DNA from: Octopus vulgaris
Taxonomy: Eukaryota
Direction of reading: 5' to 3'
Length of the DNA: 64,000 nucleotides
Assembly: GCA_951406725.2 (NCBI GenBank)
Contig: OX597820.1
Location: 98,146,001 to 98,210,000 of the forward strand
Made by a program: the position numbers and the translations under genes. Under the pieces are notes generated by a model that was given only the letters and a program-made list of their open reading frames with translations, ran no database searches and was not told the DNA's origin. Below are positions 13,150 to 27,775 of this stretch, piece by piece; positions within the stretch are counted from its first letter, which is position 1, and every line of letters begins with the position of its first letter.

Positions 13150-13695
13150 TAATTTCATTTATTTGCCGCAAGGGCAAAGGATGAGGGGGACAATACAAAG
13201 ACAGATATAATGAGATGATAAAAAAAATGGAAGTAATTATATAAAGTATACAGTGAGAAAAAAAAAGGGGGACATACGTATAGCATAAAAAGGTTTTAAA
13301 AAAGGGGGTGGGATGATGATAAAGATGTTGTCCTCCTGATACAGGAACGCCTCTAATGATAATTGAGGAATCCCACTGTCCAAGATTTTCCTGAAACCCC
13401 AGGAGCAAGTGACCGCTCTCCGACTTACAGGTCTACACTTAGAGAGGCACCAGTCTTTCTTGCTATTTTAGCAACTTTCATCCACTTCTCAATAAACACA
13501 CCCGAGGACAGCACTTCATTCTCCACTCTCAATTTCATTTTCAAGAGAAACTTGAAGAAGTCAATGAGAGCTCTACCAAAGAGGGGTGCATCTGTGCTCA
13601 TGCCTTTCAGCCTTGTCCACCAAACAACCTCTTTTGCCACAGCCACCAGGCAAAGGGAAACTGCCTTGCTTGCCCCCCAATAGTTTGAAATTTTT
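13150..13695 (-). pseudogene. 3' end of Tx1/L1-like LINE with (ATT)n tail
   Basis: ORF AVAKEVVWWTRLKG...LIDFFKFLLKMKLRVE...FIEKW resembles Tx1 ORF2 C-termini; 3' UTR ends AATAAATGAA followed by (ATT)n. Confidence 0.8.
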
Positions 13696-14112
13696 CCACA
13701 AGGGCAGCAATTTGCGGGGAAGCAATTAGTCAATTACATCGACCCCAGTGTTTAGCTGGCACTTATTTTATCGACTTCGAAAGGATGAAGGGCAAAGTGG
13801 ACCTCGGCGACATTTGAACTCAGAACGTAAAGACAGACGAAATGTCGTTAGGAATTTACCCTGTGAGCTAACGATTCTGCCAGTTCGACGACTTATCATT
13901 AATAATAATCCTCTTATCTACTATAGGCACAAGGCTGGAAATTTTGGGGAATGGAACATGCCGATTAGATCGGCCCCAATGCACAACTGTTTCTTATTCT
14001 GCCTACCCCTAGAGGATGAACGGCGAAGTCGACCTCGGCGGAATCTGGAGACCTCTTGCCAGGTATCTAAGCATTTCTCCCGGCGTGATAACAATTCTTC
14101 CAGACCGCCACC

Positions 14113-14918
<806 letters not shown>

Positions 14919-14924
14919 TAATAA

Positions 14925-14955
<31 letters not shown>

Positions 14956-14999
14956 AATAATAATCATAGTAATAATAATGATGATGATGATAATGATGT

Positions 15000-16480
15000 G
15001 ATTTCTGTATTTAAACACAACGGGTTCACAGAAATACAAAGGATAATACAGGACAATGCAACACGGTATGATGTGATGAGGAGGTTACATGAATGCGCTT
15101 ATGCAGATGAATAATAAAACAATGAAATAATAAAAATTGAAGCAAGAAAATTTTCCACAAAGGGATAGAAGTCTTTCTAGGGCTGCTCGTAGAGACCTGA
15201 CAAAGCCATGTCACTATTACCACAAGATAAATGCCTCCTCTTCATCCTCCTCTCTCAGTTCACATCATTCTCAGAGCAGACCCATTCACAGGACCATTCT
15301 TACCACATTCATACATTCATCCACACCTTAACAAATTTCATGAAAGGCAGCACTGCCCTCTCCACTCTACTTTCTAAGTGAAATTTAAAAAAATCGATGA
15401 AGGCTTGATCAAAGAGGTAAGTCTGTTTTCAGCCGTTTCAATCTGGTCCACCACATAATCTCATATACTATGGCCACGAGACAGCTTAATACTGCCCGTC
15501 CTTCCCCACGAAAAGAAATATATAAGACGATTTTCCCAATGGACTCAACCGGTTGTCGGAAAGTGTTCGAGATAAACCAAACAAGTCAGCAATGCTCGAG
15601 TACTGTGAGCGCATGTAGAACTGTTTCGTCGCTCTACGCGATCTTCGGACAGGCCCAGCTGACGGCACTTCAATGTCTGTAGAGCTCATCCTAAGCCCGT
15701 AATGCCCACCAGGCTAAAGAATTGCAGAAATTATCCATGGGTGACGGAACAGACTAACCAGTTAATTCTCATCGATTCCCAGAGTTTCCCCGAGAACATA
15801 ATCTCTCCTGCCCGCCACTACACCTCTATACAACGCCAAAGTGGAACTTACATCGACCGCAATACCCGATTAATTAACAGAAGACAGTAAGAGCCTGACA
15901 ACACTCTCGGTAGCAGATACCCTTCCTCGGTCTACGCTTAATCATGGATTGCAGCTCAACGTGACAATCTTCAGGAAAGCGAGTTTGAAAAACAGTGACC
16001 ACACCTGCGCAGAAGATATAGTAGTCTCCGTACAAGTTAGCGCATCAGCTGGTGAGGAATTCAGAGGGTGTGGACAACAAATGGAGCGCCTGGCCAGGGG
16101 AGCGCTCTCTTTCTACAAAAAGCGGGAGGGTATGCGTCTGGTCAGATGTAAACTGGTATGACACGACGATCAGGCAGTAATATATAAAGGAGCCATTCGG
16201 CACCACTGTCTGACCTTTCAGGGATCGCTTTCTCTCGGTGCATTCATGGGTGAGATTGGCCACGCTAATCGTTACCCGGTCCCTAGTCTTTTTCACCTGA
16301 AGATTGGACAGAAACTGGTCCTCCGTGAGAGCAGCTGCCAAATATTGGTGTTCGATCCAATAGAAGGCTTTAGATTGATCTAAATTGATCAGAGCATCAC
16401 CCATGCTGGGTGCATTACTCACTCTGTCTATAATGTATTCATTGTATGAGGCAGAAGTTATCATTGACAGACCTGCCAAG
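15000..16480 (-). pseudogene. Decayed Tx1/L1 LINE RT to 3' end
   Basis: ALINLDQSKAFYWIEHQYL (RT motif); C-terminal segment homologous to 13425-13690; ends near an (ATT/ATC)n tail. Confidence 0.8.
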
Positions 16481-17210
16481 TAGTGGTAGTAGTGGTAGTA
16501 GTAGTAGTAGTAGTAGGAGTAGTTGTGGTGGTAGTGGTGGTGATGGCGGCGGTAGTGGTAGAGGTGGTAGCGGCGATGGCTGGTGTCTATAGACGTTATA
16601 GCAATGGTGGTGGGCTGTCTTCGGATGCTATCATCGCGAAGTGTTTGCTGGTGTTTGCTGCAGCTAATGTTATTGTTAGTTGTAGTCGGGTTCGGTAGCT
16701 GTGGCCGTGGCCGTGTTCTTAGTATTACTATCATTGTATATTATGTACTGTGTATCATATATTGATGTTGTTAAGATGGTGGACGTGGTTGGCGTTCAGA
16801 GTGATGAAAGCAGTGTTGATGTTTCTAATAGGACAATCCGTGACAATATTTACACTGTGTTGTTTTTTGTGGTAAGTATAAAGTTTCCCTTGTTGTTGTT
16901 GCTTATATACTTTTAGTCGTAAGTGATAGCGGTTATGACAATGGTGCGGTTGTGGGCGGTGTAAGTTGTAGATACGGCTGTAATTGTTGTTATTATCAGT
17001 ACCATGTCAATGGTGGTAGGGCTAGCGTTGACGGTGTTGAGAGAGATCGTTGTTGATGGGTATGGTAGTAGTTGTAATGATGATTATTATTATTATTACT
17101 ATTGTTGTTGTTGTTCTTATTGTTATTATTATTGTTGTTGTTATTATTATTATTTTTGTCATCATCTATTATTATTATTATTATTATTATTATTATCATT
17201 ATTATTATTA

Positions 17211-17259
<49 letters not shown>

Positions 17260-17931
17260 GTGGTAGTAGTAGTAGTAGTAGTTGTAGTAGTAGTTGTAGT
17301 ATTCGCGGATTTCGACGTCATTATCGTAGTTAAAATATTGATAGCAGGAGGTTAGGGGTAAGTAGGATTGTAATGTGCTGCTGATGCTGGTGGTCAAAGT
17401 TGTCGCCCAGCCACCCTCAAAGTCTTCTGCTTTTTCAGAGGGTGGGAGGGGGGGGGTTGTTCATGGGTGGGTAGCAGCGGGTATTGGTGGTCGTCCTGTT
17501 GCAGAAGTAGAATAAAAGTATAGGCTGTTAGGTGAATGACATTGGAATAAAAATATTTTTTTTTTCTACTGTAGGCACAAGGCATGAAATTTGGAGGAAG
17601 GGAGCTAGTCGATTACATCGACACCAGTATTCCACTGGTACTTATCGACCTCGAAAGGATGAAAGGCAAATGTCTCCTTAACTCGCATGATGCCAAATAA
17701 TATATACAAAGCATACCAATGAACACACACACACACACTCTCTCTCTCAACAACAACAATACATACACACATATAATCACACACATGCATATAATCACAC
17801 ACCCATACACAGATATGCACACACACATGCACATAAACGCATACAAACGCACACATATACACACATACACATCCACGGCAACGTCAGTCAGCATTATCCT
17901 TCAATCACCAGCCTATTTTCACTGCCACGTG

Positions 17932-17990
<59 letters not shown>

Positions 17991-17998
<8 letters not shown>

Positions 17999-18362
17999 TA
18001 GAAAAAGCACCTTTCATCAATTCAAAATGAAAAATTAAATTACACCATCTAGAAAATTACATATAATAGAAATATTAAATATAAGATAAAAATAATATAC
18101 CGATGATTAAGTAATGTGCAAAATAAATAAATAAATAAATTTATTATTTATAGATAAATGAATAAATAAATTTATTATTTATAAATAAATAAATAAATAA
18201 ATTTATTATTTATTATTTATTATTTTGCACATTACTTAATCATCGGTATATTATTTTTATCTTATATTTAATATTTCTATTATATGTAATTTTCTAGATG
18301 GTGTAATTTAATTTTTCATTTTGAATTGATGAAAGGTGGGTTTTTTTTCTAATTTATATATA
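17991..18362. repeat. Near-perfect AT-rich inverted repeat (about 135-bp arms) within (TA)n
   Basis: About 17991-18126 is the reverse complement of about 18221-18362; spacer made of AAAT/ATTT repeats. Confidence 0.92.
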
Positions 18363-18466
18363 TATTATATTTTCTGAAATTTGATTTAGTATTTCTAAAT
18401 TGAATTTTTCCCTGTAAGTTAGGAATAATATTCCCTCAAATTATTATTATTATTATTATTATTATT

Positions 18467-18533
<67 letters not shown>

Positions 18534-18536
<3 letters not shown>

Positions 18537-18724
18537 GGGGAGAATTCACGAAAAAAATAAAAACACGAAGACAGGTGGTATAGACAACAAACAGATGTAT
18601 TAGTTTAACGCTCAGGAAGTGGAGAAGTCTTTAACGTTTCGAACCTATGCTCTTCCACAGGAAAGAACACAGAAAGAAACAAGGAATGAAAATAAGGAAT
18701 GTGTAGTGGCTAGCGATCTATCAT
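18534..18724 (-). mobile_element. Short (TA)n-embedded element with variant minimal hammerhead at 18629-18665
   Basis: Minus strand CTTTC-CTGTGGA-A-GAGC-ATAG-GTTC-GAAA-C-GTT-AAAG; core deviates from CTGANGA. Confidence 0.6.
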
Positions 18725-18751
18725 ATAGATATATAAACAAACTCATATATA

Positions 18752-18825
<74 letters not shown>

Positions 18826-18980
18826 TACACACGTCATATATATATATATATGAATATATATATGCATACATATTCACACACCCACACATTATATGTATAC
18901 ATATCTATCAATCTATCTACCAAATGTGAATTTTTTACATTATGCAATCTATTTGACTTCTTCTTCTTCTTTTTCTTCTT

Positions 18981-19070
<90 letters not shown>

Positions 19071-20024
19071 TTATTATTATTCCTCTTCTTTAAACTTCAA
19101 AATAGAGTTCTACCAATAATAACTGTTCCAAAGCATGGTTTTTCTCACCACTTTGCAACATAGCATCAGAACGATCAGATATGTATTTTGCTTTTGCGAA
19201 ACTATCAATAAAGTTGATCTAAGTCAAATTACTAACACAACCTGGTGCGAAACTCAGAGTTGATTATCAAATTTTGATGTAATAAACATTAGTATCCACA
19301 CAACCCAATGCATTAATTCCTATATCAGATATTTCGCTAAGAACTATTTTGATTCTGTTTACAACTTATATAATGATATATATATATATATAGGTGTGTG
19401 TCTGTTTATAAAAGTATACATTAAACTATTTGCACACTAACACACATATGCACACCTACACACTGACATTATCCACTTAATGTTTTACCTGTATTTTTTT
19501 ACTAAATCTTTAATCCTTTACTTGTTTCTGCCATTTCACTGCGACCATGTTGGGGCACTGTCTTGAAGAGATTGGCCGAATAAATCGACCCCTGTACTTA
19601 TTCCTTAAAGCTTTGTACTTATTCTATCGGTCTCCTTTGCAGCACTACGAGGGTGCTAGGGCGTATACAAACCAATATCAGTTGTCATGTATAGAAAGGA
19701 CTCTCCCGTCGTTAAACGGCATGTGAGGGGTTCGACAATTTGTTACCCACACAATTTCTTACCCACACCCACACAGATGATTTGTTTATAATGATCAAAT
19801 GTTTGTGTCGACATAAGCTCACTCCCGTCATTAAATCGGCATTACCTGTACAGGTGCAATTGGGTGCCACATGTCAAATGTCTAAATGATCGCAGAGCAA
19901 CATGAAATGAAGTGCTTTGCTCAAGAACACAACACAAAGCCCGGTCTGCGAATCGAACCCACGAACTCACAATCGTGAGTGCAACACCCTAACCACTAAA
20001 CCACACCCACCCACACACCCACAC

Positions 20025-20097
<73 letters not shown>

Positions 20098-21538
20098 CAT
20101 ACGCACAAGAGGCTTCTTTCAGTCTCCGTCCTCCAAATACGCTCACAAGGCTTTACTCGACTATGCTAGAAAACATTTACCCAAGAGGCCACGGTAGTGG
20201 AACTGGACCTAAGACCACATGGTTGGGAATCAGATTGAATAATTTTAAAGGCCTACCCCTGGAAATCTATGCCAATATAGATCCCTTTACTAAATGGTTG
20301 CTCAATCTGCTAGAAACAGCAGCCACACCACCCTAAAATCTTATTTTACGAAAAGGAGAACGTCATTCTTAGTACAGTGTATATGACCAAAATATACAAT
20401 GGTCAAGAGTAGAAAACTTCTGTCCTCTTTCCTGATAGGCCAAAAATAACCCGCAGATAAACCAAAACAACAGCCTTTATCGGTCTATCAAATTATCTAT
20501 TTGTCTCGTAGCAGTCTTTATGTGTGGTTTGTGTGTCTATATGTGCGTGTGACTGTGTGTTTATGGGTGTGTATCTATGTGTGTGTGTATGCGTGTTTAT
20601 CTATGAGTGTTTCTGTAATATGCGTTGTGTGTAATATGAGTGTCTGTTTGTGTTATTTATTTATTTCTCACTATCAGTCTGTCAATCTCCCGCCCTTCTA
20701 TTTTCTCTCTTTATCTTACTGCTTATCGTCCTATTTTCCTTATCAAAACCCTCAAAATAATAAAATAACTAACAAAGAGAGAAAACAACAAGCAACAGAA
20801 AGATGTTCTCCTCCCATGAAGTACGCATTACCCTCCTTTAAGAAGATGTTCTTTCTGTTGCAATAGGAGAAGCAGCAGCAGTAGTAGTAGTAGTAGTAGT
20901 AGTAGTAGCAGCAGCAGCAGCAGTAGTATAAGTAGTCGTAGTGAGGGCAAACCTTGCTGACACACATTGAGGTGTTGTCACGTGGGAATAATATGAAGGC
21001 TGTAAACACGCACACACGCGCACATACGCGCGCATGCGTACGCACTGTCTCGCTAACTCTCTCTTTCTCTCGACAAATGAGACAATCTACCAAAGAAAAC
21101 GTGACGGCATCAAAGCAGTCTATACCAGAGATTTCAACCTTTTATAGCTCTGCATCCCCTTTCACTGAATGCTGGTCTGCAGAGGAAAGGAATAAATTGC
21201 AGATTGTTTCAATCAGTTGAAAGCTAAATGTTGTGCAGTTTTTGCTGTAATCCATATATTTTTCTTATACTATTCCATCCATCATGTGTCCAATTTGGAA
21301 ATATTCGCATGGATTGCTCTCTTACTCTGTCACTCGTTTCAGTCATTGAAATTTGAAATGCGGTTATGCTGGAGCACCAACTTGTAGGGTTAGGCGAACA
21401 GATTAACACTAGTACTTGCTTTACTCTGTCGCTGTAATTCGGCGAACCACTTATGAGGACGAAACTATTGTCAAGCCGTGTAGGAGAATATAAACACAGA
21501 CACACATACACATACCTACACACACACACATGTGCATA

Positions 21539-21683
<145 letters not shown>

Positions 21684-21773
21684 TTGTGTGTATCTATGTA
21701 TTCATTTATGTATATTATGAGTGTATGTATGTATGTATAAGAAAATGAGAGGACAAAGGAATATGACCGTCAT

Positions 21774-21854
21774 TAGCTTATAGCTGTTTTGCTATAAAAT
21801 GCAGTAGGCACATAGCTGAGTGCCTGAGTAACACCTTATAGCTTCATCGAAGCC
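21774..21854 (-). ncRNA. Decayed type I hammerhead with long helix II
   Basis: Minus strand GGCT-TCGATGA-A-GCTATAA...TTATAGC-AAAA-CAGCTA-TA-AGCT; sister copy at 39570-39640 retains GAAACAGCTGTAAGCT. Confidence 0.55.
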
Positions 21855-21882
21855 TCGAATGTGAAGGGCAATTTCTTTGGGA

Positions 21883-22006
<124 letters not shown>

Positions 22007-22377
22007 TTTATTGTAGAAGACACTCACCAAAGACACTGTTTTGCGGGACTGAACTGCTTTAGTATTCAGCCACCTCTGTGCCTGTGGTACATTTGCATAG
22101 AAATTGCTAAAGAAATTTGAGGACTTATATGATGAGATTATATTAATCCTTAGCGCAACACCAGTTCTCTTTTTGTCTGATCCTTGATAACACAATGTCT
22201 GACTGAGATTCTGATCCCGATAAGATATTAATTGTTTTCTTTTGAAATTGTGTTTAAAATGTGGGTATCTTATTTATTTAAAACTTACTTTATATATATA
22301 TATATAAACCAGCTTAGAGAAGAAGAAGAAACGAAACGAATCGAATCGAATCGACGCGAGGGCGCTCAGTCATACAA

Positions 22378-22919
22378 CAGTGTAATAAATAAAATATATG
22401 CATACATACAAACATATATGTACGTACCTACATCTACATGTATATATACATGCATATATAAATATATATACGTGTGTACAGGACACCACAAATAGACGTA
22501 GAACTCAACGAGAAACGAAAAAGTAAAAACAGCATGGAACGGACCATTTTTTTACAACGAAAAAACAGAGTACAAGATAACTACACATGGAAAAATCCCC
22601 TTCATCAGCTGTCCCTAGTTCAACTCCAGCGTGTTTCGAAGGAGAGGACAGAACACGTCTCGTCGAACCAGTCCTTCCTGCGAAAGAATTAAATAAAATT
22701 CCTTTGCAGAGGGGTAAAAACAAGGAAAAAAATGTGACAAAAACAGGACGTAAAAACAATACAATTAAAAACGAATACAAAATAAAAATACAATTACAAA
22801 ACATACAGTACAAGAAGGAATAGAAACAGGACAGGAAAACAAATAATGAGGGCCTATAAGCCTAGACGATGAAAAAGTTTCACGAGCGCAGGAAGAAACA
22901 TGTTTACTTGAAGAAGGCC

Positions 22920-22922
<3 letters not shown>
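22378..22922 (-). mobile_element. T-rich non-coding element with permuted hammerhead-like core (22597-22642)
   Basis: Reverse-complement homolog of 54685-55022; minus strand CCTTC-GAAA-N25-CTGATGA-AGGGG; adjacent to (TA)n. Confidence 0.8.
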
Positions 22923-22980
<58 letters not shown>

Positions 22981-23854
22981 GACAGTGCTCTAGCATGGCC
23001 GCAGTCAAATGACTGAAACAAGTAAAAAGAGTAAAATAATAAAGAAATAAAAATGATGCTTCTAATATCCAACGGTGCTATAGCCACCCAATTGTGTGCA
23101 CGCAATTGTCTTCAGATAGTGCTGTTGCTCAGGAAAGAATTGCTCATCAAATTGTAGCTAAATCATTAAAAAAACATGCTCAAATACGCTTCAACTCCCA
23201 CCCCCAATTAACTTAAAAAAGCCTCTCGTTTTTCGCAAGCGAACGAGGAGCTATCAACGTAGTTACTTCATTTTCTAGAAAGATTACTATACTTCCACCG
23301 CCTGAAACAATGAAATAATATATTGTGTAATACAGACAAGGATACCCACCCAAGACTGGTCGTAACTGGAACGTCTTTTATCATAGGCTTTTTCAATCAG
23401 AATTGACCTGAGTTAAAGAACAACTTCTACAACCTTTACTCCTTCGCAAACACACGCTAACATAAGATATCTTCTCGGATATTTTTAGTTTGTTACACTT
23501 CCTCCGGTTTTATTGAAAGTTTCTCTCCATAAGTATAGATTTTCATGCCATTTACAAAAAACCATAACTTGTTTGTTTATCTTGGTTTTTTTGAGAAATT
23601 AATAAAAGAAATGTTACGAACGCTTTATAATAGAAATTTTTTGTGTGTATAACTTTAGCCAATCAGACCCATCTATTTTCTATATGCCCTGCAGCTGTTA
23701 TGACAAGTGCCATGCTTTTGCTTTTGTTTTTTGTTTTGAAGACGACAATTCTTGTTAATTGTTACGTTAATACTACAACAATGCAACACCCTTCACGAAG
23801 AAAATATTTAATTAATGATAAGAACACAACAAATTAAAGTTACTTACCGTACCT

Positions 23855-24630
23855 CCCAACCATAACCCTAACTATAAATCCTAAACGCAAACCTTAGCTT
23901 TAACCCTAACCGCAAACCTTAGCTTTAACCCTAACCGCAAACACAATAAAACTGTCTTCCTGATCAGAACACTCCATCTCGATTACTGACACTCAGTTGC
24001 TATTCTCCTACATATATAAGGTCACATGGATGTATCCATGCTTTAGACACTGGCACCTTCTCGACTATGCTGACATCCAATGACGACACAAAAGGGACAT
24101 CCTCGTCATTAGAATTGTTGATAATTATTAGACAGACCAACGTCTTGTTATCACACGCATGAGATTACTATGTGTGACAAACCAGAAGACAACAGGTATT
24201 ACTATTTCGAAGATTTTGAAAAAAACAAAACTTTGTTAACAGAGTTAATTTCGAACAATTATTTGTTTCGCGGACAGTTCCAAATAATTCAACCCTCACC
24301 GTCTTAATGAAGAATAGCCAACAGCTCGAAGCATCATAATTGAGACAGTTATTGGTTTCATAAAATTGGAGAGCCAAGATTAGTTTGAAGACAGCAATGA
24401 AATCAACCAGCTCATCGATGAAATACGAAAGATTCGAAAAACTCAAGCAATCACTCAAACTAGAGTTTGGTTATTTATTGGTTAGGGAACAGGAACTTGG
24501 CGTCAGTATTTAAGATGAACTGTTCTGATCAGATACCGAAGAAGAGAATCCCATTGTTTTTACGGTTACGGCTTAGGCTTTCGTTTAAGATTAAGGTTTA
24601 AAGTTAGGACTATGGTTTAGAGTTTTAACT
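23855..24630. repeat. Element bounded by oppositely oriented telomere-like repeats
   Basis: TAACCC-like units at 23860-23943 and degenerate TTAGG/GGTTA units at 24558-24630; inner inverted motif CTGATCAGAACA / TGTTCTGATCAG. Confidence 0.55.
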
Positions 24631-24869
24631 TGTGATTTTCGTTTCCAAAACAAAAACAAAAACAAAAAAATAAAAAAATAAAAAATGGCGCTTTCCATAA
24701 CTTCCTCACGGCGTGTAGAGAATAGAAGGGTCTGACTGGCTAAAGTAGAGAAGTACGGAAATACTAAACAGTAGGTGGCAACAGAAAGCAACAAATCTTG
24801 CAAAATAAGCAGACGCCTGTGATCTCAGAAATTTATTTATCAAATGTTTGGTCCAATAAAATATTAACG

Positions 24870-25400
24870 GGCAGCGTTTTGTTGTCTGCTATACTCTTTG
24901 AATATTTTCTAGACAATTCAGCAGTTGATATCTGATATCGTTTTCATGATGGATCACTTAATATAACCAGATTTTGATCTCATGACCTACCAATATCAAA
25001 CTCATCAAGGAGATTCAATGTGCAGACGATTGCAATGGTATCTATCACAGATGCCAGGAACTCTAACGATCAGTCAATATATTCATAAGTGCAACTGATC
25101 ATGTTCAGTGTGAGGTGAACATGAAAAAAATCCAAGACTTCACTCAACCTGTTCCAAAGACCAATCTCCATGACTTCAACATTGCAACCTCTTGAGCAAG
25201 TTGATCACTTCCCGAAACTTGGTATTCTTCCTTTCAACAAATGTACTTCTGAAAACGATGTGGGCAACATAATTAGATCAGCCCATTCAGTATTTAAAAA
25301 ACTGGCAGAACAGATCACTAAGAATAAAGATCTGACTAAAAAATAAAAAGAAAAGGATAAACTGACAGTTATGAAACTATCAACACCTAAATATCATTAG
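24870..25400 (+). pseudogene. Highly decayed RTE-clade RT fragment
   Basis: Remnants such as TSENDVGNIIRSAHSVFKKL...KNKDLT resemble the RTE post-RT region. Confidence 0.55.
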
Positions 25401-26089
25401 ACTGCAAGGCGGCGAGTTAGCAGAATCGTTAGAGTTCAAATTCCACCCAGGTCGACTTTGCCTTTCATCGTTTCGAGGTCGATAAAGCAAGTACCAATTA
25501 GCACTGGAGTCAAAGTAAGCGACTTACCCCTCTTCCGAAATTGCTGGCCCTGCACCAAAATTTGAAACCAATATTTTTATACTGTCTTGAAATATCGTCC
25601 CTATTTTGTCGGGTCATTAAAAAGTTATAAGCGTTTCTATCAACAACAAAGTTCCTTGCCATTTAAAATTTACATAGGCGGTCTACATAACCATCAATTC
25701 TGCCCTGGAAAAGCCCATCGGTCGATACACGGAATCTACAACCATGAAGCATCTATGTTGGTCAGGACATATGGATAGACCGAAAAAAACATATGGATAG
25801 ACCGAAAGAATGAAGATTCAAGTCATAACGTTATAAATTATTTCGCAAGTTGATTATTTTTATATTAGTTTCGTCAAAATCAACCAAGTAACACAACGGG
25901 TTCTATCAATTATGAAATGTGAAACCCACCCATAGCTAATCAGTTTGAAATATTCATTTGAATAATTATCAGGAGTCTCACTGCAGTAATTAAAATCATT
26001 GTGTTGTTCCAAACGTTCACATCTGACTTATGATCGACTTCGCGAAAGATGGAGTAACGGATTCTGAAGATGTGCAGCTTCAGTAAAGT

Positions 26090-26203
<114 letters not shown>

Positions 26204-26303
26204 CATACATAGATTCACACACACACTAACCTCGGGCCAACCAAAGACTTGTCAGTGGATTTGATAGACGGAAACTGAAAGAAACCCGGCGTATATATGT
26301 ATG

Positions 26304-26358
<55 letters not shown>

Positions 26359-26574
26359 GTATGTATTTTTATCTGTCGTGTTTGTCACCACACCATCGTT
26401 TGACAACCGATGTTAGTGTGTTTACGTCCTACGCCGGGCAAAATGCTTGGCGATATTTCGTCTGCTGCTTGGTTCTGAGTCGGCTTTGCCTTTCATAGTT
26501 TCGGGGTCTATTAAATAAGTACCAGTGACTCCCCTCCCCGTAAATTTCAGGCCTTATTATTATTTTTATTGTTA

Positions 26575-26790
26575 TCAAGCCGGCAGAATCGTTAACATGC
26601 CGGGCGAAATGCTTAGCGGTATTTCGGCTGCTGTTACGTTCTAAGATCAAATTCCGCTGAGGTCGACTTTGCTTTTCATCCTTCCAGGGTCGACAAATTA
26701 AGTACCAGTTGCGTACTGGGGTCGATATAATTGACTTAATCCCTTCCCCCAAGTTTGAATCCTTGTGCTTCCAGTGGAATGGATTATTAT
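26575..26790 (+). mobile_element. Family B SINE
   Basis: GGCAGAATCGTTAAC...TCAAATTCCGCTGAGGTCGACTTTGC...; (ATT)n tail. Confidence 0.8.
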
Positions 26791-26992
26791 TATTATTATT
26801 ATCATCATTATTATTATTATCATCATCATCATCATCATCATCGTCATCATTCAAAATATGTTGATTTGGTTCTGTGCTACTTCAAGTTTCGCAGGCCTCT
26901 AACGGGAGCTTCTGACATGTAACTCCTACTACACGAGGTGAGTGCCTCTTTCTTCTACTTGTCCACTCACTCGTGTATGTATGTGTATAAGT

Positions 26993-27360
26993 ATACTCTT
27001 TTACTCTTTTACTTGTTCCAGTCATTTGACTGCGGCCATGCTGGAGCACCGCGACCCCGGGACTTATTCTTTGTAAGCCCAGTACTTATTCTATCGGTCT
27101 CTTTTGCCGAACCGCTAAGTGACGGGGACGTAAACACACCAGCTAGGGGGACAAACACAGACACACAAACACACACATAAATATACATATATATACGACA
27201 GGTTTCTTTCAGTTCCCGTCTACCAAATCCACTCACAAGGCATTGGTCGGCCCGGGGCTATAGCAGAAGACACTTGCCCAAGATGCCACGCAGTGGGACT
27301 GAACCCGGAACCATGTGGTTGGTAAGCAAGCTACTTACCACACGGCCACTCCTGCGCCTG
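26993..27360 (-). mobile_element. Family A SINE (internally deleted)
   Basis: A/B-box head GGCGCAGGAGTGGCCGTGTGG...GGGTTCAGTCCC on minus; (GTAAAAGA)n tail. Confidence 0.9.
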
Positions 27361-27437
27361 TATATATATACATATATATATAAGTGAATTGAAGAAATGG
27401 AGTTGAACGAAGATTGAACAGAAATCGTTTTATTGCA

Positions 27438-27517
27438 TTCTACACGTGTTTCGAAAGCCACAATTTACCAAATTCCGATTGAATAAGGAGACCATATTGT
27501 GTCTTTCTCTTCAGGAA
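27438..27517 (-). ncRNA. Type I hammerhead ribozyme motif (mirror copy)
   Basis: Exact reverse complement of 27696-27775. Confidence 0.85.
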
Positions 27518-27695
27518 GAAATAGGAAATCCGTTGGAAAAAACAAAAACAGAACAGAGGCGGAGCAAAACAAATCGAACGAGGCTCCTAAGAGCCCATGG
27601 CCAAACACTTGGCCATGGGCTCTTAGGAGCCTCGTTCGATTTGTTTTGCTCCGCCTCTGTTCTGTTTTTGTTTTTTCCAACGGATTTCCTATTTC

Positions 27696-27775
27696 TTCCT
27701 GAAGAGAAAGACACAATATGGTCTCCTTATTCAATCGGAATTTGGTAAATTGTGGCTTTCGAAACACGTGTAGAA
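27696..27775 (+). ncRNA. Type I hammerhead ribozyme motif
   Basis: Helix I TTC/GAA; CTGAAGA at 27699; helix II GAAAG-A-CACAAT / ATTGTG-G-CTTTC; GAAA at 27761; palindromic helix III ACACGTGT; GUA cleavage triplet at 27770-27772; AATAAA just downstream. Confidence 0.85.

Noticed and set aside
27446-27767. Mirror-image 100-aa and 67-aa ORFs on both strands
   Set aside because: A by-product of the palindrome; non-ATG starts and no recognisable domain.
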